Shown in pieces: positions 29,501 through 39,754 of a stretch of DNA of 64,000 nt. A program made the position numbers and the translations under genes. Positions within the stretch are counted from its first letter, which is position 1. Each line of letters begins with the position of its first letter. The notes beneath the pieces were generated by a model. It was given only the letters and a program-made list of their open reading frames with translations. It did not search any database and had not been told where the DNA came from. This stretch comes from an uncultured Alistipes sp. (GTDB lineage Bacteria; Bacteroidota; Bacteroidia; Bacteroidales; Rikenellaceae): NCBI GenBank assembly GCA_944321205.1, contig CALUKK010000100.1:5341-69340 (forward strand). Reading direction: 5' to 3'.

Positions 29501-30492
29501 ACAATGCTTTGGGTGTAGACGGCAAACAACCCGTTGGAATAGGAGCACACCCATACAATCGGTCCGTCGCTCAGGATGTGATAGATGTTATCGGGGACAC
29601 TCCCCACGATATGATCACCGATTTTCTTGCGGAAAGCGCCGTCCCGTTTATTGTATTCCAGGATCCCCAGTCCGTCCGTAGCGGCCCAGATCGCATCATC
29701 ATTCATCGGGGCGATCTCTCTTACCGGAACATGAATCTGCGGCGTCGACAGCCGCCGGGCCACGGAGTCCAGTTCGTCATAGAGGAAGATTCCTTCGGAG
29801 AAACTGCCGATCCATAATTTCCGGGTGCCTTCATCAAAATACAACGACAGAATCCGGGTCCGAGGAATCGCTTCAAGCATGGAGACCGAGTCCAGATCTC
29901 CACCCCGGAGGCGGCCCCGGAGCAATCCTCGCGGCGTAGCGGCATACAGACTGGAGTCGTTCGTAAACACCGCATCATAGATCTCGTATTGCGACGTATT
30001 GCCAACAAGTTGCCATGTTCCGTCGATTGCCGTTTCGCGATACAACCCCTGGTCCGTAAGCAGACAGGCTTTGTCTTCCTTGTCGAAACAGAGATTGTGG
30101 ATCAGCCTCTCGGTCGGCAGATCGTGAGACTCCAGATCCGAAAGGAACAGATCCTGCCGGGAATCGTAGCGATAGATCCCTTTATGGCTGATGGCATAGA
30201 CCCGTTTCCCGTCGGTCGAGCTGCAAACTCCCCGGATACGCTCCTCTTCCCGACCGAAAGGCAGTTTGTAATGACGGAACACCTTGCCGTCAAAGCGATC
30301 GATCGATGTCCGCGTGGCAATCCACAAATACCCCTTGGCGTCTTTTACACTGGCAAAGGTCCGTCGATCCTGAAGTCCCTTCTCGGGAGTATAATGCATA
30401 TACGTATAGGTATCACCGAAGAGTTCCGGAGCAAGGCACAGCCCCAGAATCAAACATCCCATTTTCAACAAAAGATACCTCTTCATCTGCAT
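26584..30492 (-). CDS. Hybrid two-component system
   Basis: Propeller repeats, FFVNMAHDIRTPITLI, NLVSNAVKYT, GSGIGL, ISDVMMPVMDG, YFSTVFKKYYGVSPT. Start 30492 or 30486. Confidence 0.95.
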   Translation of the reverse strand: MQMKRYLLLKMGCLILGLCLAPELFGDTYTYMHYTPEKGLQDRRTFASVKDAKGYLWIATRTSIDRFDGKVFRHYKLPFGREEERIRGVCSSTDGKRVYAISHKGIYRYDSRQDLFLSDLESHDLPTERLIHNLCFDKEDKACLLTDQGLYRETAIDGTWQLVGNTSQYEIYDAVFTNDSSLYAATPRGLLRGRLRGGDLDSVSMLEAIPRTRILSLYFDEGTRKLWIGSFSEGIFLYDELDSVARRLSTPQIHVPVREIAPMNDDAIWAATDGLGILEYNKRDGAFRKKIGDHIVGSVPDNIYHILSDGPIVWVCSYSNGLFAVYTQSIVERIYRFGSSADRGLTRNHVNAILEDRTGDLWFATNGGIFRYDSRRQTSHAIYVTPGESNQFLALFEDSEGYVWAGGYSTKILRIDPATERVNRIRIIRGRNNYQVYSIVEDTYGNLLFGSAADSLIVYDPRRDAGRYVALKGSYSMLPSRDGTVLVGGVSGLYRLNPLNGTVKSVALGTSTQRRTPFIYNMTFADETETGLWITTDGQGLWFVDLKTCDVKSWTVDQGLSSNYLYGVGFDKLNRLWITSENGLNCFNPATGQIIRLHGNIGLPSWSFNFAAFAQRRNGDIVCGTPNEAIEVDPLSPLLNNQTQANLHFSDLTVYNTTRSTEYAPRRIPIDDLQTLVLDCRQNAFSIEFANLNQLYGDLSTCRWRLTGIDNDWIYSDQGYRSMYSNLRPDKYLFTLQAVLLGSHQVLQQRHLQIVIPPPFYATWWAICVYVLLGVAVSYLGYRYYQNLMESRRSDEKIRFFVNMAHDIRTPITLIKAPLNEIEQESLTENSRAALQLALSNVDKLFRRVTQLLDFQKLERKAMKLQVEQTSLNNFFYNSIMSFQSIARHKQIHLTIELLPESSQGWIDQPKVLLILENLVSNAVKYTDPGGHVAVRLESDGQWLSIEVIDDGIGIPMSAQSKIFSRFYRADNASNSKETGSGIGLLLVKRLVTLHKGQVSFVSTPKRGTIFTVKLPCRQCDYPPAEQLMTNQIVLAETTPASEVDKYEYTVLIVEDNDELRSYLGVYLRKKYRVLEAENGQQAVDRASGENVDLIISDVMMPVMDGFEMCKRLKSDIATSHIPIILLTSLTEREHVIRGISCGAEDYIGKPFDLLILETKTDNMIKNRSRRKQRFIENNVSEQDESFGQLTDGDRNFLDKFYELVGEKMSDELYTVERMSYDLAMSYSVFYRKIKTLLGITPKELVMDLKMKRAAELLVGQKYNIGEIAYLVGFPNAKYFSTVFKKYYGVSPTSYVQEHENR

Positions 30493-30509
30493 TCGGGTCA
30501 ATCGTTATC

Positions 30510-30621
30510 CAAAGGTAATATAATTTCTTCGACCCGCTCCTCCCTCCGGAACGATAACAAGAAAATCAAACCTTATTGCAAGTTTTTGGAACCGTGAATC
30601 GAGCTGGCCAGGTTACCTTTG
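30510..30621. promoter_or_regulatory. Divergent sigmaA promoters (TACCTTTG at 30510-30517 on minus, 30614-30621 on plus)
   Basis: Two identical TAnnTTTG elements facing the HTCS gene and the sulfatase operon. Confidence 0.6.
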
Positions 30622-30647
30622 TATATCAAAAAACCAAACCCGAGACT

Positions 30648-32216
30648 ATGACCCATGCCATTACAAAGTTACCCTTGTATACCGTACCCGTGGTAACACT
30701 CAGCCTTCTTCCCGGCATCTCGTTCGGCTCCCAACCCCGTGAAGGCAGGAATATCCTCTTCATTGCCGTCGACGACCTGAAGCCGCTGCTCGGCGCTTAC
30801 GGAGATCCGCGCGCCGTGACACCGAATATCGACCGGCTGGCACGCCGAGGCACCCTCTTTACGCATGCATATTGTCAGCAGGCCGTCTCGGGCCCGAGCC
30901 GGGCCAGCCTGCTCACGGGGCTTTGTCCTGACAGAACCGGAGTCTGGGATCTGAAGACCTTGATCCGAAGCGTACATCCCGACGCGACGACCCTGCCGCA
31001 ACACCTGAGAAACAACGGATACGAAACTTACGGAATCGGCAAGATCTATGATCCGAGGTCGGTGGACAAGATGCAGGATCAGGCTTCATGGAGTCTCCCC
31101 TACGCATCGTTCGAAGCGTATTACAATCCGGAATACGACCAACCCCTATACAGTTATTATCAACTGCCCGAGACCCGGGAGTCCATGATCCGTCTCGAAA
31201 AGGAGCTTCTGGCGCAGGGCCTCAAGCCGGCCGCAGCCCGCAATGCCGTACTGGAGAAGATCAAGCCCTCGACCGAGTGTGTCGACCTCCCCGATGATGC
31301 CTATCCCGACGGAGCCATTGCAAACGGAGCCGTGGAGTTCATCGAGCATTGCGACAAGAGCAAACGTTACTTCTGGGCCGTAGGATTCAAGAGACCGCAT
31401 CTTCCCTTCTGCGCCCCGAAAAAGTATTGGGATCTGTACGATCGGGCGGAGATTCCACTGGCCACCTTCCGGCGGAAAGCCCAGGACAGCCCTCAACTGG
31501 CCTACCACAATTGCGGCGAACTGGTCTCGTATACCGATATCCCCGCCCTGATCACCTTTTCGGATATCGACAACGCCATTCTCGACGACGACAAGGCCCG
31601 CGAACTGATTCACGGATACTATGCCGCCGTGAGTTATGTCGATGCCCAGGTCGGCCGGCTCCTCGATGCGCTGGGACGGAGCGGACAGCTCGACAATACC
31701 GTCATCGTATTCTGGGGCGATCACGGCTGGCACCTCGGCGATCACGGACTGTGGAACAAACACACCAACTTCGAACAGGCTACACATGCTCCGCTGATCA
31801 TCTGCGACCCGTCGCTTGAACCCTCGACGGTAACCACGCCCGTGGAGTTTCTCGACATCTTCCCGACCTTGTGCGAGGCCGTCTCGATCGCCGCGCCCGA
31901 ACACCTCGACGGCAAATCTCTTCTCGGCCTGATGCGCGGAGCGGAACCTTCCGTCAACACCTATGCGGCCAGCCAGTTTCCAAGAGGCAAGGTCATGGGA
32001 TACACGCTTCGCAACGAACGATATCGCTATACCGTGTGGGTTGACTGGAAAAATCGCACGACGGATCCCGAAACGATCGTTGCCGAAGAACTCTACGACT
32101 ACAAAAAGGATCCCGATGAGACCCGCAACCTTGTAAAGGACAAATCCTACGCCGCAGCCCTGCAACAGATGCGCGCCTGCTGGAATGACTACAAGAATAA
32201 AAGAATCAACAAGTAA
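30648..32216 (+). CDS. Ser-type S1 sulfatase (iduronate-2-/choline-sulfatase-like, probably S1_7)
   Basis: NILFIAVDDL, QAVSGPSRASLLTG, GKIYD, RPHLPF, GDHGWHLGDHG. Confidence 0.9.
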   Translation: MTHAITKLPLYTVPVVTLSLLPGISFGSQPREGRNILFIAVDDLKPLLGAYGDPRAVTPNIDRLARRGTLFTHAYCQQAVSGPSRASLLTGLCPDRTGVWDLKTLIRSVHPDATTLPQHLRNNGYETYGIGKIYDPRSVDKMQDQASWSLPYASFEAYYNPEYDQPLYSYYQLPETRESMIRLEKELLAQGLKPAAARNAVLEKIKPSTECVDLPDDAYPDGAIANGAVEFIEHCDKSKRYFWAVGFKRPHLPFCAPKKYWDLYDRAEIPLATFRRKAQDSPQLAYHNCGELVSYTDIPALITFSDIDNAILDDDKARELIHGYYAAVSYVDAQVGRLLDALGRSGQLDNTVIVFWGDHGWHLGDHGLWNKHTNFEQATHAPLIICDPSLEPSTVTTPVEFLDIFPTLCEAVSIAAPEHLDGKSLLGLMRGAEPSVNTYAASQFPRGKVMGYTLRNERYRYTVWVDWKNRTTDPETIVAEELYDYKKDPDETRNLVKDKSYAAALQQMRACWNDYKNKRINK

Positions 32217-32221
32217 AAACC

Positions 32222-33715
32222 ATGAAAAAGGAACTCTTTTTATCGAGTATTGCAGCAGCAACCATCGCTCCGGCGCCGTTTTTCGCAACCGAACGGGCCG
32301 CGACGGAAAAACCCAATGTTCTGCTGCTGGTCGTAGACGACTGGGGAGCCAACGATCTCTCGCTGACGGGATCGAGGTTTTACGAAACGCCGAACGTAGA
32401 CCGGTTGTGCCGTCAGAGCACCTGTTTTTCGAACGGCTATGTCGCCTATCCCCGGAGTGTTCCGTCGCGTTATGCCCTGTTTACGGGCCTGCACTGCGCC
32501 CGGCCCCAACCCTTCACCAAACGTGGAAGCGACGATCGCAAGGTGACACGGGAGAGTCCCTGTATGGCCGAGCCGTTCAAGGCTTCGGGATATGAAACCA
32601 TGTTCATCGGCAAATGGCACCTTGCAACGGATGACTGCATGCCCCAGGACAAGGGGTTTGACATCAACATCGGCGGAGGACACGCCGGCGCCACAAAATC
32701 CTATTTTTCGCCCTACGACAAGGATCTCCATGGAAAAAGCGGAAACGCTAAGGAACGTCCGATCGAAGGCATGGACGACGCCCTTCCCGGAGAGTATTTG
32801 ACCGATTACATGGGACGCAAGGTGGTCGACTACATCAACCGGGATCACGACAAACCATTCTTCATCGCCTGCTGCTTCTATGCCGTGCACACCCCTTTAC
32901 AAGCAAAAGAAGCCGACATCGAACCTTTCAGACAGAAACGCGAACGTCTCGGGTTGACCGATGATTCATTCCGCCCCGAAGAGGCCGGAGAGACCAAGGT
33001 CCAGCAGAACCATCCGGTCTATGCGGGAATGATCAAATCCGTAGACGATGCGATCGGACAGATGATGAACGCCCTCGAACAACGCGGGTTGCGTGAAAAT
33101 ACGATCGTCATCCTCATCTCTGACAACGGAGGTCTCTCAAGCCGCGGAAACAAGCGGGAGGTGGCGACAAGCAACGCTCCGTTCAAGGCCGGCAAGGGAC
33201 ATCTCTACGATGGCGGTATCCGCGTACCTTTTGCCGTCCTGCTGCCCGACCAGCGGAAGGGCCGCGTCTCGGAGGTCCCCGCGAGCAGTCTGGATATCTT
33301 CCCGACATTGGTGGACCTTTGCGGGCTGACCCTCGACCGGGAATATACCTTCGACGGACTGAGCCTGCGCCCCGAACTCGAAGGTCGCAAGAACAGGATT
33401 GCCGACCGCAAACTCTATTGGCACAAGGCCGATGAGCGACCCGTTTCGACGGGAGACTACATCAGCTCGGCCATGCTCTGCGGCAACTACAAACTGCTCG
33501 ACTTCTATTTGCAGAACCGGGTCGAACTGTACGACGTGAGCAAGGATCCGTCGGAAAGCGTCAATATTGCGGCCGAGCATCCCGAGATTGTCAAGCGGAT
33601 GATGTCCGACCTGAACGCCTGGCGTGCCGACCTGAACGTGCACATGGCAACGCCCGACACCCCCAAACACGATGACAAGGTGGTGAAAACGACGCGCAGC
33701 AGCCAGCCCCGATAA
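32222..33715 (+). CDS. Ser-type S1 sulfatase (arylsulfatase A-like)
   Basis: NVLLLVVDDWG, PRSVPSRYALFTG, GKWHL, VHTPLQ, SDNGG, GKGHLYDGGIRVP. Confidence 0.9.
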   Translation: MKKELFLSSIAAATIAPAPFFATERAATEKPNVLLLVVDDWGANDLSLTGSRFYETPNVDRLCRQSTCFSNGYVAYPRSVPSRYALFTGLHCARPQPFTKRGSDDRKVTRESPCMAEPFKASGYETMFIGKWHLATDDCMPQDKGFDINIGGGHAGATKSYFSPYDKDLHGKSGNAKERPIEGMDDALPGEYLTDYMGRKVVDYINRDHDKPFFIACCFYAVHTPLQAKEADIEPFRQKRERLGLTDDSFRPEEAGETKVQQNHPVYAGMIKSVDDAIGQMMNALEQRGLRENTIVILISDNGGLSSRGNKREVATSNAPFKAGKGHLYDGGIRVPFAVLLPDQRKGRVSEVPASSLDIFPTLVDLCGLTLDREYTFDGLSLRPELEGRKNRIADRKLYWHKADERPVSTGDYISSAMLCGNYKLLDFYLQNRVELYDVSKDPSESVNIAAEHPEIVKRMMSDLNAWRADLNVHMATPDTPKHDDKVVKTTRSSQPR

Positions 33716-33748
33716 CGCAACCCTTAAAAAACCTTATACTACTAACCG

Positions 33749-36526
33749 ATGAGAACCCTGAAATGTATAATCACAGCGTTGTCGGGACTCCTGATCTCAA
33801 CCGTCAACGCCCGACCGCTCATCCCCGACAGTCTGAAACTGGTTCACCTGAACGGTTTGTCCGAACTGTTACAGGCAGAGAATGCGGGTGTGAGCGTCTC
33901 GACGACCGATGCCAGCCCCGGCGCGGCAGCAGAGCTGCTGGTGCGAGGTATCTCTTCGATTCGCACCTCCCAACAACCGTTGATCATCGTGGACGGGGTG
34001 GCGATGATCTCCTCGATGGACAGCGGCATCAATCCCTGGAATCTCAAATACCCCTACACGAACCAAAGCGGAGCAGACAAGTTTCAGGATGCCTCGCTGG
34101 ACAATCTCTATCGACCGCTCGACGGGTCGGACTATCAACTTCCCGTCAATCTGCTGCTTGGGCTCGATATCAATACGATCGAATCGATCTCCGTTCTGAA
34201 AAACAGCTCCGCGACAGCCATCTATGGTTCTCGCGGAGCCAACGGGGTCATCGTCATTACGACTCGTTCACCCTTACACGCGATACAGCGTCGGGACGTG
34301 GTCTTCAGCACAAGCGTCGGAGTGTCGATCGTGGGCAAGCAGCTCGACTTTCTCTCTCCGGCAGCCTGGAGCTCCTACCATGAGGACTTGAACGGAGTGC
34401 CATACCATACCGCCACTCCGGGCATCGACTGGCAAAAGGCTCTCTATTCACCGGCCGTGACGACAACGAATCGACTGGAGCTCTCCGGCAGCAACTCCCG
34501 GACGAGCTATTCCTTCGACATGATGTACAGCCTCGACAACGGAGTCATCGAAGGGACGAAGCAGGAACAACTGGCTCTCAGCACAATGGTAAATCGTCGG
34601 ATCAGCCGGATTTTCAAGGGCGGCACAAGCTTCACGCTGGCAAGGAGCGCGGTGGATCTGACCCAAACCACGGCCCTTCTGGGCTCTCAGAGCGCAATTG
34701 GATCGATTGCCGCCATTCCCTATGAGGGGGCAGTCGGCAATCCCGTAGATTTTGTGCGTGACTATGACGACCATTCGTCGCTGTGGCGCATCCTGCCGAG
34801 AGGTTATCTTACGGGAAATTTCGGACAGTACGTTTCGCTCGATATCAACGGCGGCGTCGATGTCCTGATTCAGGAGCGTCAACGCTGGGCCGGGAACGGT
34901 ACGGAGGTCGGTCTGGCCAACAACGGCATCGCCTCGATCGCCGACTATGACCGGCTGAATTACGACGTCAATGCCACCCTTGCGATCAAACCCGTGAGCA
35001 ACGACCGCCACAATCTGAATATCCGGCTGGGAGGTTCGTATTTCGGAAAACGAATGATGCAGGAATCGGTGCAGGGTATCGACTACTTCAACCACAGTCT
35101 GCGGGCCGAAGGGGTGAAACTCGCCAATCAGACCAGCAAGATGTTCCATTCGGTGCTGAACACACAGAACTATGGGGTCTCGGCCGACCTGTCATACTCC
35201 TTCAAGAAACGATACGAGGTGCGTGGCGGTCTGAGAATGGATCGGAGGATTGATCTGGACAACGATTTCCAGTATTATCCATTCATCGAGGTCGGCTGGA
35301 ACCTTTCCAACGAAACATGGTTCCGCAAGGCCATCGACCCGAAGGTCGTCTCCCGGCTGTCGCTCCATGGCGGTTGGGGGATCAGCGGCATGAATGATCT
35401 GACACAATACTTTCTGGGCGACTATTTCCAGTTGTGCGACGATCCGCTCCAGATTCCCTACCAGGATCAACTCAATTACCGCACGGGGCTCCGGACAAAC
35501 AACCGTCAGTACAACGTCGGTCTTGACATGGGCTTTCTGAACAATCGTATCCGGCTCGGCGTCTCCTATTATGAGGGAGAGATTGAGGATCATCTCTCCG
35601 TATTCCACCAGGAAGCAGGGCAATGGTCCGGACAGACCCTCAACCGAATGAAAATGGACAAACGGGGTGCCGAGATTCTTGTGGATGCCACCCCCGTCCG
35701 ACGATCCGACTGGCAGTGGAGCCTTTCGGCCTCCGTGGGCATCGATCGGGTAAAGATGTTGGAAACAGCCTCCGGACAAGCCCTTGCGGCAACCGGCGCC
35801 AACGGCTTTACAGGTCGCGGGCTGGGCGGCGATTATGTTGCCACGGCCTTTGTCGAGGGATATGCCCCCTCTTCGTTTTTCGGATTCAGAACGGACGGGA
35901 TTGTCGGCAGTCAGCATTTGCCTTTCACTCCGCCGTTTGAGGATTACAGACTGGCTGAAGGAGACATCAAGTTCGTCGATGTCAACGGCGACGGTGTGGT
36001 CGACGACAAGGACCGGACCATCATCGGCTCCCCGCTGCCCGACTGGATTGCATCCCTGAGCACAACTCTGAAATACAAGTCTCTCACCCTGAGCCTGCAG
36101 TTTGACGGATCATATGGCAATGACATTCTGAATCTGAATCTGTTGCAATGGGGCAACCTCGCCATGGATCGGAACGTTCTGAAGGAGAGCCGGCAAAATG
36201 CCTGGAGCATGGACTCTCCCGACGGAAAGGCGCCGGCTGTCGGAGCCTTCGGTTTCGACAAGATCTCGGACCGGATGGTCGAAGATGGAAGTTACCTGCG
36301 TCTGAGCAACGTAGTCCTTGCCTATGCCATTCCGACCGGCCGCATCAAATGGCTCTCGGGGCTGGAGGTGAGCTTCATGATCCGGAATCTTTTCGTGGCT
36401 TCTCCCTATTCGGGGTACAACCCCGTTGTCAACTCGTTTGCCGGAGACTGGTCGCTTCGGGGCATCGATCTGGGAGGCTATCCCTATGCCAGAAGTTTCT
36501 CGCTGGGTGTAAAGATTAAATTTTAA
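33749..36526 (+). CDS. Atypical SusC-like TonB-dependent receptor lacking the N-terminal extension
   Basis: Signal peptide leads directly into the plug (LLQAENAGVSV...VRGISS...PLIIVDG; IESISVLKNSSATAIYGSRGANGVIVITT); barrel ends VEDGSYLRL...GVKIKF. Confidence 0.88.
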   Translation: MRTLKCIITALSGLLISTVNARPLIPDSLKLVHLNGLSELLQAENAGVSVSTTDASPGAAAELLVRGISSIRTSQQPLIIVDGVAMISSMDSGINPWNLKYPYTNQSGADKFQDASLDNLYRPLDGSDYQLPVNLLLGLDINTIESISVLKNSSATAIYGSRGANGVIVITTRSPLHAIQRRDVVFSTSVGVSIVGKQLDFLSPAAWSSYHEDLNGVPYHTATPGIDWQKALYSPAVTTTNRLELSGSNSRTSYSFDMMYSLDNGVIEGTKQEQLALSTMVNRRISRIFKGGTSFTLARSAVDLTQTTALLGSQSAIGSIAAIPYEGAVGNPVDFVRDYDDHSSLWRILPRGYLTGNFGQYVSLDINGGVDVLIQERQRWAGNGTEVGLANNGIASIADYDRLNYDVNATLAIKPVSNDRHNLNIRLGGSYFGKRMMQESVQGIDYFNHSLRAEGVKLANQTSKMFHSVLNTQNYGVSADLSYSFKKRYEVRGGLRMDRRIDLDNDFQYYPFIEVGWNLSNETWFRKAIDPKVVSRLSLHGGWGISGMNDLTQYFLGDYFQLCDDPLQIPYQDQLNYRTGLRTNNRQYNVGLDMGFLNNRIRLGVSYYEGEIEDHLSVFHQEAGQWSGQTLNRMKMDKRGAEILVDATPVRRSDWQWSLSASVGIDRVKMLETASGQALAATGANGFTGRGLGGDYVATAFVEGYAPSSFFGFRTDGIVGSQHLPFTPPFEDYRLAEGDIKFVDVNGDGVVDDKDRTIIGSPLPDWIASLSTTLKYKSLTLSLQFDGSYGNDILNLNLLQWGNLAMDRNVLKESRQNAWSMDSPDGKAPAVGAFGFDKISDRMVEDGSYLRLSNVVLAYAIPTGRIKWLSGLEVSFMIRNLFVASPYSGYNPVVNSFAGDWSLRGIDLGGYPYARSFSLGVKIKF

Positions 36527-36538
36527 CAGAACGTAAAC

Positions 36539-39500
36539 ATGAAAACAAAGATACTATCCCTTTTCTTCGTCATCGCGTTGTGCGGAGCGCTGCCGGGTGC
36601 GGCCCAGACCCGTACGATTACGGGCAGGGTGTTGGGTACGGATCGCGAACCGCTGATCGGAGCCAATGTCATCGCGGTGGAAGAGCCTACGGTCGGAACC
36701 ACGACCGATGTGAACGGAGCCTTTACACTGAAGATTCCCGAGAAGGTCAAGAACCTGGAGATCTCCTACATCGGATACATCGCCAAAAAGGTCTCCATCG
36801 ACGGGAAAAGTTCCATTACGGTCCATCTTTCGGAGGATGCGCAGCAACTCGAGGATGTGGTGGTCGTGGGATATGGCCGAATGCGCAAGAGTGATCTGAC
36901 CGGTTCCGTGACGTCGGTGGATATCAACGATGTGGAAGCAACCTCGACGGTCTCGATTCAGAACCTGTTGCAGGGACGCGCCGCCGGTGTGCAGATCACC
37001 TCGGCCGACGGAGCGCCCGGCTCGGCCGTCAACATCAAGATCCGCGGAACCAGTTCACTGACCGGGAACAGCGAGCCGCTCTACGTGGTCGACGGAATCA
37101 TCATGAATTCCGCCTCGCAGGACGTCTCGATAAGCGGAGCCGCCGGCAACAACAACTTCACTCAGGGGCAGAACGGACTGGTGGGTATCAACCCGCAGGA
37201 CATTGCCAGTATCGAGATTCTGAAGGATGCCTCCGCAACGGCCATCTACGGCTCGCTGGGAGCCAACGGCGTAGTGCTCATCACCACAAAGGTCGGGACC
37301 AGTGAAAAGACGAAGGTACAATATACCGGGACGATCTCGGCATCGATCATGGCAAACAAGCGGGAATTGCTTTCGCTCGAAGATTTCGCCACCTTCATGA
37401 CCGACTTCAACGGCGCGCCGTACAGCATCGAGGGCCGGGTACCGATGGATTGGCAGGATGAGATCTCCCGTACGGCAATCAGCAACAATCACCGGGTGAG
37501 TGTCAGCGGCCGCAGCGATCGGACAAACTACTATATTTCGGGCGGATTCCTCAACAATCAGGGTATCATCCGCGGAACGCAGATCGAACAGGCCGACATC
37601 CGTCTGAATCTGGATCAGAACTTCTCGCAGAACCTTCGCCTCGGCACCAAAACCGGATTCACCTATTCGAAGAACAGCATGGTCCAAGGCTCCGACACGC
37701 GTGGAAACTCGAATTCGGGACTCATCCGTCAGGCTCTGGTCTTCCGGCCGTTTGACCCGACGGTCGGCCCCGTCGACGAGGATATGGTCGACGAAAACGG
37801 CGATCCGATCAAGGACCCCCGGGCCTGGTTCACCGATTACGACGACACGTCGCGAGAGTATCGCGTGCTGTCGTCCCTCTATCTGGACATAACGCTCGGA
37901 AAAGCGTGGAGCATGCGTACTTCGGTGGGTCTCGACTACCGGAACAAGGTCCGCAGGATGTGGTTCGGGCCCAACCTGTTCCAGGGCGCCAAGGACAATG
38001 GCATCGGAGCCTCGGCAACCCTCGAAGCCTTACGCATCAACGCCGACCACATGTTCAACTATTCGAATCAATTCGGCAAGCATCGTCTCGACGGTACGGC
38101 CGGCATATCCATCTCCACATCGCAGGACCGCACAAACAACCACTCCTCAACCCAGTTCAACGAAATCTACGAATACGGGGTGGACGGGTTCGTCTATGGC
38201 ACGAAGGACGACGTGATGAACTACTCCCGCAACACGGTCAACTCACTCTCGTTCATTGCCCGCCTTATCTATAACTACGACGACCGTTACATCCTGACCT
38301 CCACCTTCCGTGCCGATGGCACAAGCAAGTTCGCGGCGGGGAATCGCTTCAGCTATTTCCCTTCGTTCGCATTCGCCTACCGGCTGAGCGAAGAGGAGTT
38401 CATGCGGAATATCGATGCGCTCTCCAACCTGAAGCTGAGACTGGGATGGGGAATGGTCGGCAACCAGGCCATCCAGCCCTATCAGACACTGATGACATTC
38501 GGCAACGGACAGTATGCCAATCCGGCCGGCGGTTATGATCTGGCGTTGTTCCGCAATGTCCTGCCGAACCGCGACCTGCGTTGGGAGACGACAACCACAT
38601 ACAACCTTGGACTGGACCTGGGGCTGTTCAAGAACCGGCTCAATCTGACGGTCGACCTCTACCAGAAACTCTCGACCGATCTGTTGCAACAGATCAACCT
38701 GACGTCAATTACGGGATATACGTCAATGTACGTCAACCGGGGCTCGATCCGGAATCGGGGTGCCGAGTTCGTGCTGGATGCCGTTCTGGTACAGACGGAC
38801 AAGGTAAACCTTTCCGTCTCGGCCAACCTTTCGATGAACCGGAACAAGATCCTCGATATCGGACTTCCCGAAGGGACATTCGGAGCTCACACCTTCAAAG
38901 CCATGACCGGAAGTACCATCGGTGTGGGAACCTATCTGAAAGATTATGTCAATATCTTCATCGAGGGCAAACCCACGGCGCTGTTCTTCGGCACCAAGGT
39001 CACGGGAATCCTGCAGCAGAACGACATCGCACAGGATCTGGCCTTCCGCGACCAGCAGATCCGCGAGGCCAATCCGGGCCGTGACTTTACGGCCGAGCCG
39101 ATTACCGACACGGAGCGTCTGAACGTCAAGGGGCTGATTCCGATCTACAATTCGAAGATGCCCGCGGCGGGCGACCCGGCCTATTACGATACAAACCAGG
39201 ACGGCGTGGTCGACGCGAACGATCGGACCATCATCGGCGATCCGAATCCAAAATTCTCGTACGGCTTCTCGCTGGATTTCTCCTATCAGAATTTCTTCCT
39301 GAGTGCGATCTTCAACGGTGTCTACGGAAACGACATCGTCAATGCCAACCGCCTGCAGGAGGAGAATCTGATCGCCGGCAACGGAAACATCACCCAACGA
39401 GCCTTCGACAACTATTATCGGGAAGATCGGCCCAGTACGACCTATCCGCGATTGAAATACAACGGTACCCAGGCCGAATTCAATTCGATGATCATCGAGG

Positions 39501-39742
39501 ATGGCAGCTATCTCCGGCTGGCGGCACTGAGCATCGGCTACAACTTCCAGCTGTCAAAGAAATCCGCAATCTCCCGGATCGGCGTAAACTTTACGGCTCG
39601 CAACATCTTCACCCTTACAAACTATACGGGGTACGATCCCGAGGTCAGCACCTTTGCGAACAATCCGATGAAGGTGGGGATCGACTGGGCCTCCTACCCG
39701 AACAACCGCACCTTTACACTCGGCGTAACCCTTGACTTCTAA
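36539..39742 (+). CDS. susC: SusC/RagA TonB-dependent transporter
   Basis: N-terminal extension, LEDVVVVGYG, INPQDIASIEILKDASATAIYGS, C-terminal F. Confidence 0.97.
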   Translation: MKTKILSLFFVIALCGALPGAAQTRTITGRVLGTDREPLIGANVIAVEEPTVGTTTDVNGAFTLKIPEKVKNLEISYIGYIAKKVSIDGKSSITVHLSEDAQQLEDVVVVGYGRMRKSDLTGSVTSVDINDVEATSTVSIQNLLQGRAAGVQITSADGAPGSAVNIKIRGTSSLTGNSEPLYVVDGIIMNSASQDVSISGAAGNNNFTQGQNGLVGINPQDIASIEILKDASATAIYGSLGANGVVLITTKVGTSEKTKVQYTGTISASIMANKRELLSLEDFATFMTDFNGAPYSIEGRVPMDWQDEISRTAISNNHRVSVSGRSDRTNYYISGGFLNNQGIIRGTQIEQADIRLNLDQNFSQNLRLGTKTGFTYSKNSMVQGSDTRGNSNSGLIRQALVFRPFDPTVGPVDEDMVDENGDPIKDPRAWFTDYDDTSREYRVLSSLYLDITLGKAWSMRTSVGLDYRNKVRRMWFGPNLFQGAKDNGIGASATLEALRINADHMFNYSNQFGKHRLDGTAGISISTSQDRTNNHSSTQFNEIYEYGVDGFVYGTKDDVMNYSRNTVNSLSFIARLIYNYDDRYILTSTFRADGTSKFAAGNRFSYFPSFAFAYRLSEEEFMRNIDALSNLKLRLGWGMVGNQAIQPYQTLMTFGNGQYANPAGGYDLALFRNVLPNRDLRWETTTTYNLGLDLGLFKNRLNLTVDLYQKLSTDLLQQINLTSITGYTSMYVNRGSIRNRGAEFVLDAVLVQTDKVNLSVSANLSMNRNKILDIGLPEGTFGAHTFKAMTGSTIGVGTYLKDYVNIFIEGKPTALFFGTKVTGILQQNDIAQDLAFRDQQIREANPGRDFTAEPITDTERLNVKGLIPIYNSKMPAAGDPAYYDTNQDGVVDANDRTIIGDPNPKFSYGFSLDFSYQNFFLSAIFNGVYGNDIVNANRLQEENLIAGNGNITQRAFDNYYREDRPSTTYPRLKYNGTQAEFNSMIIEDGSYLRLAALSIGYNFQLSKKSAISRIGVNFTARNIFTLTNYTGYDPEVSTFANNPMKVGIDWASYPNNRTFTLGVTLDF

Positions 39743-39754
39743 AACCTCAAACCC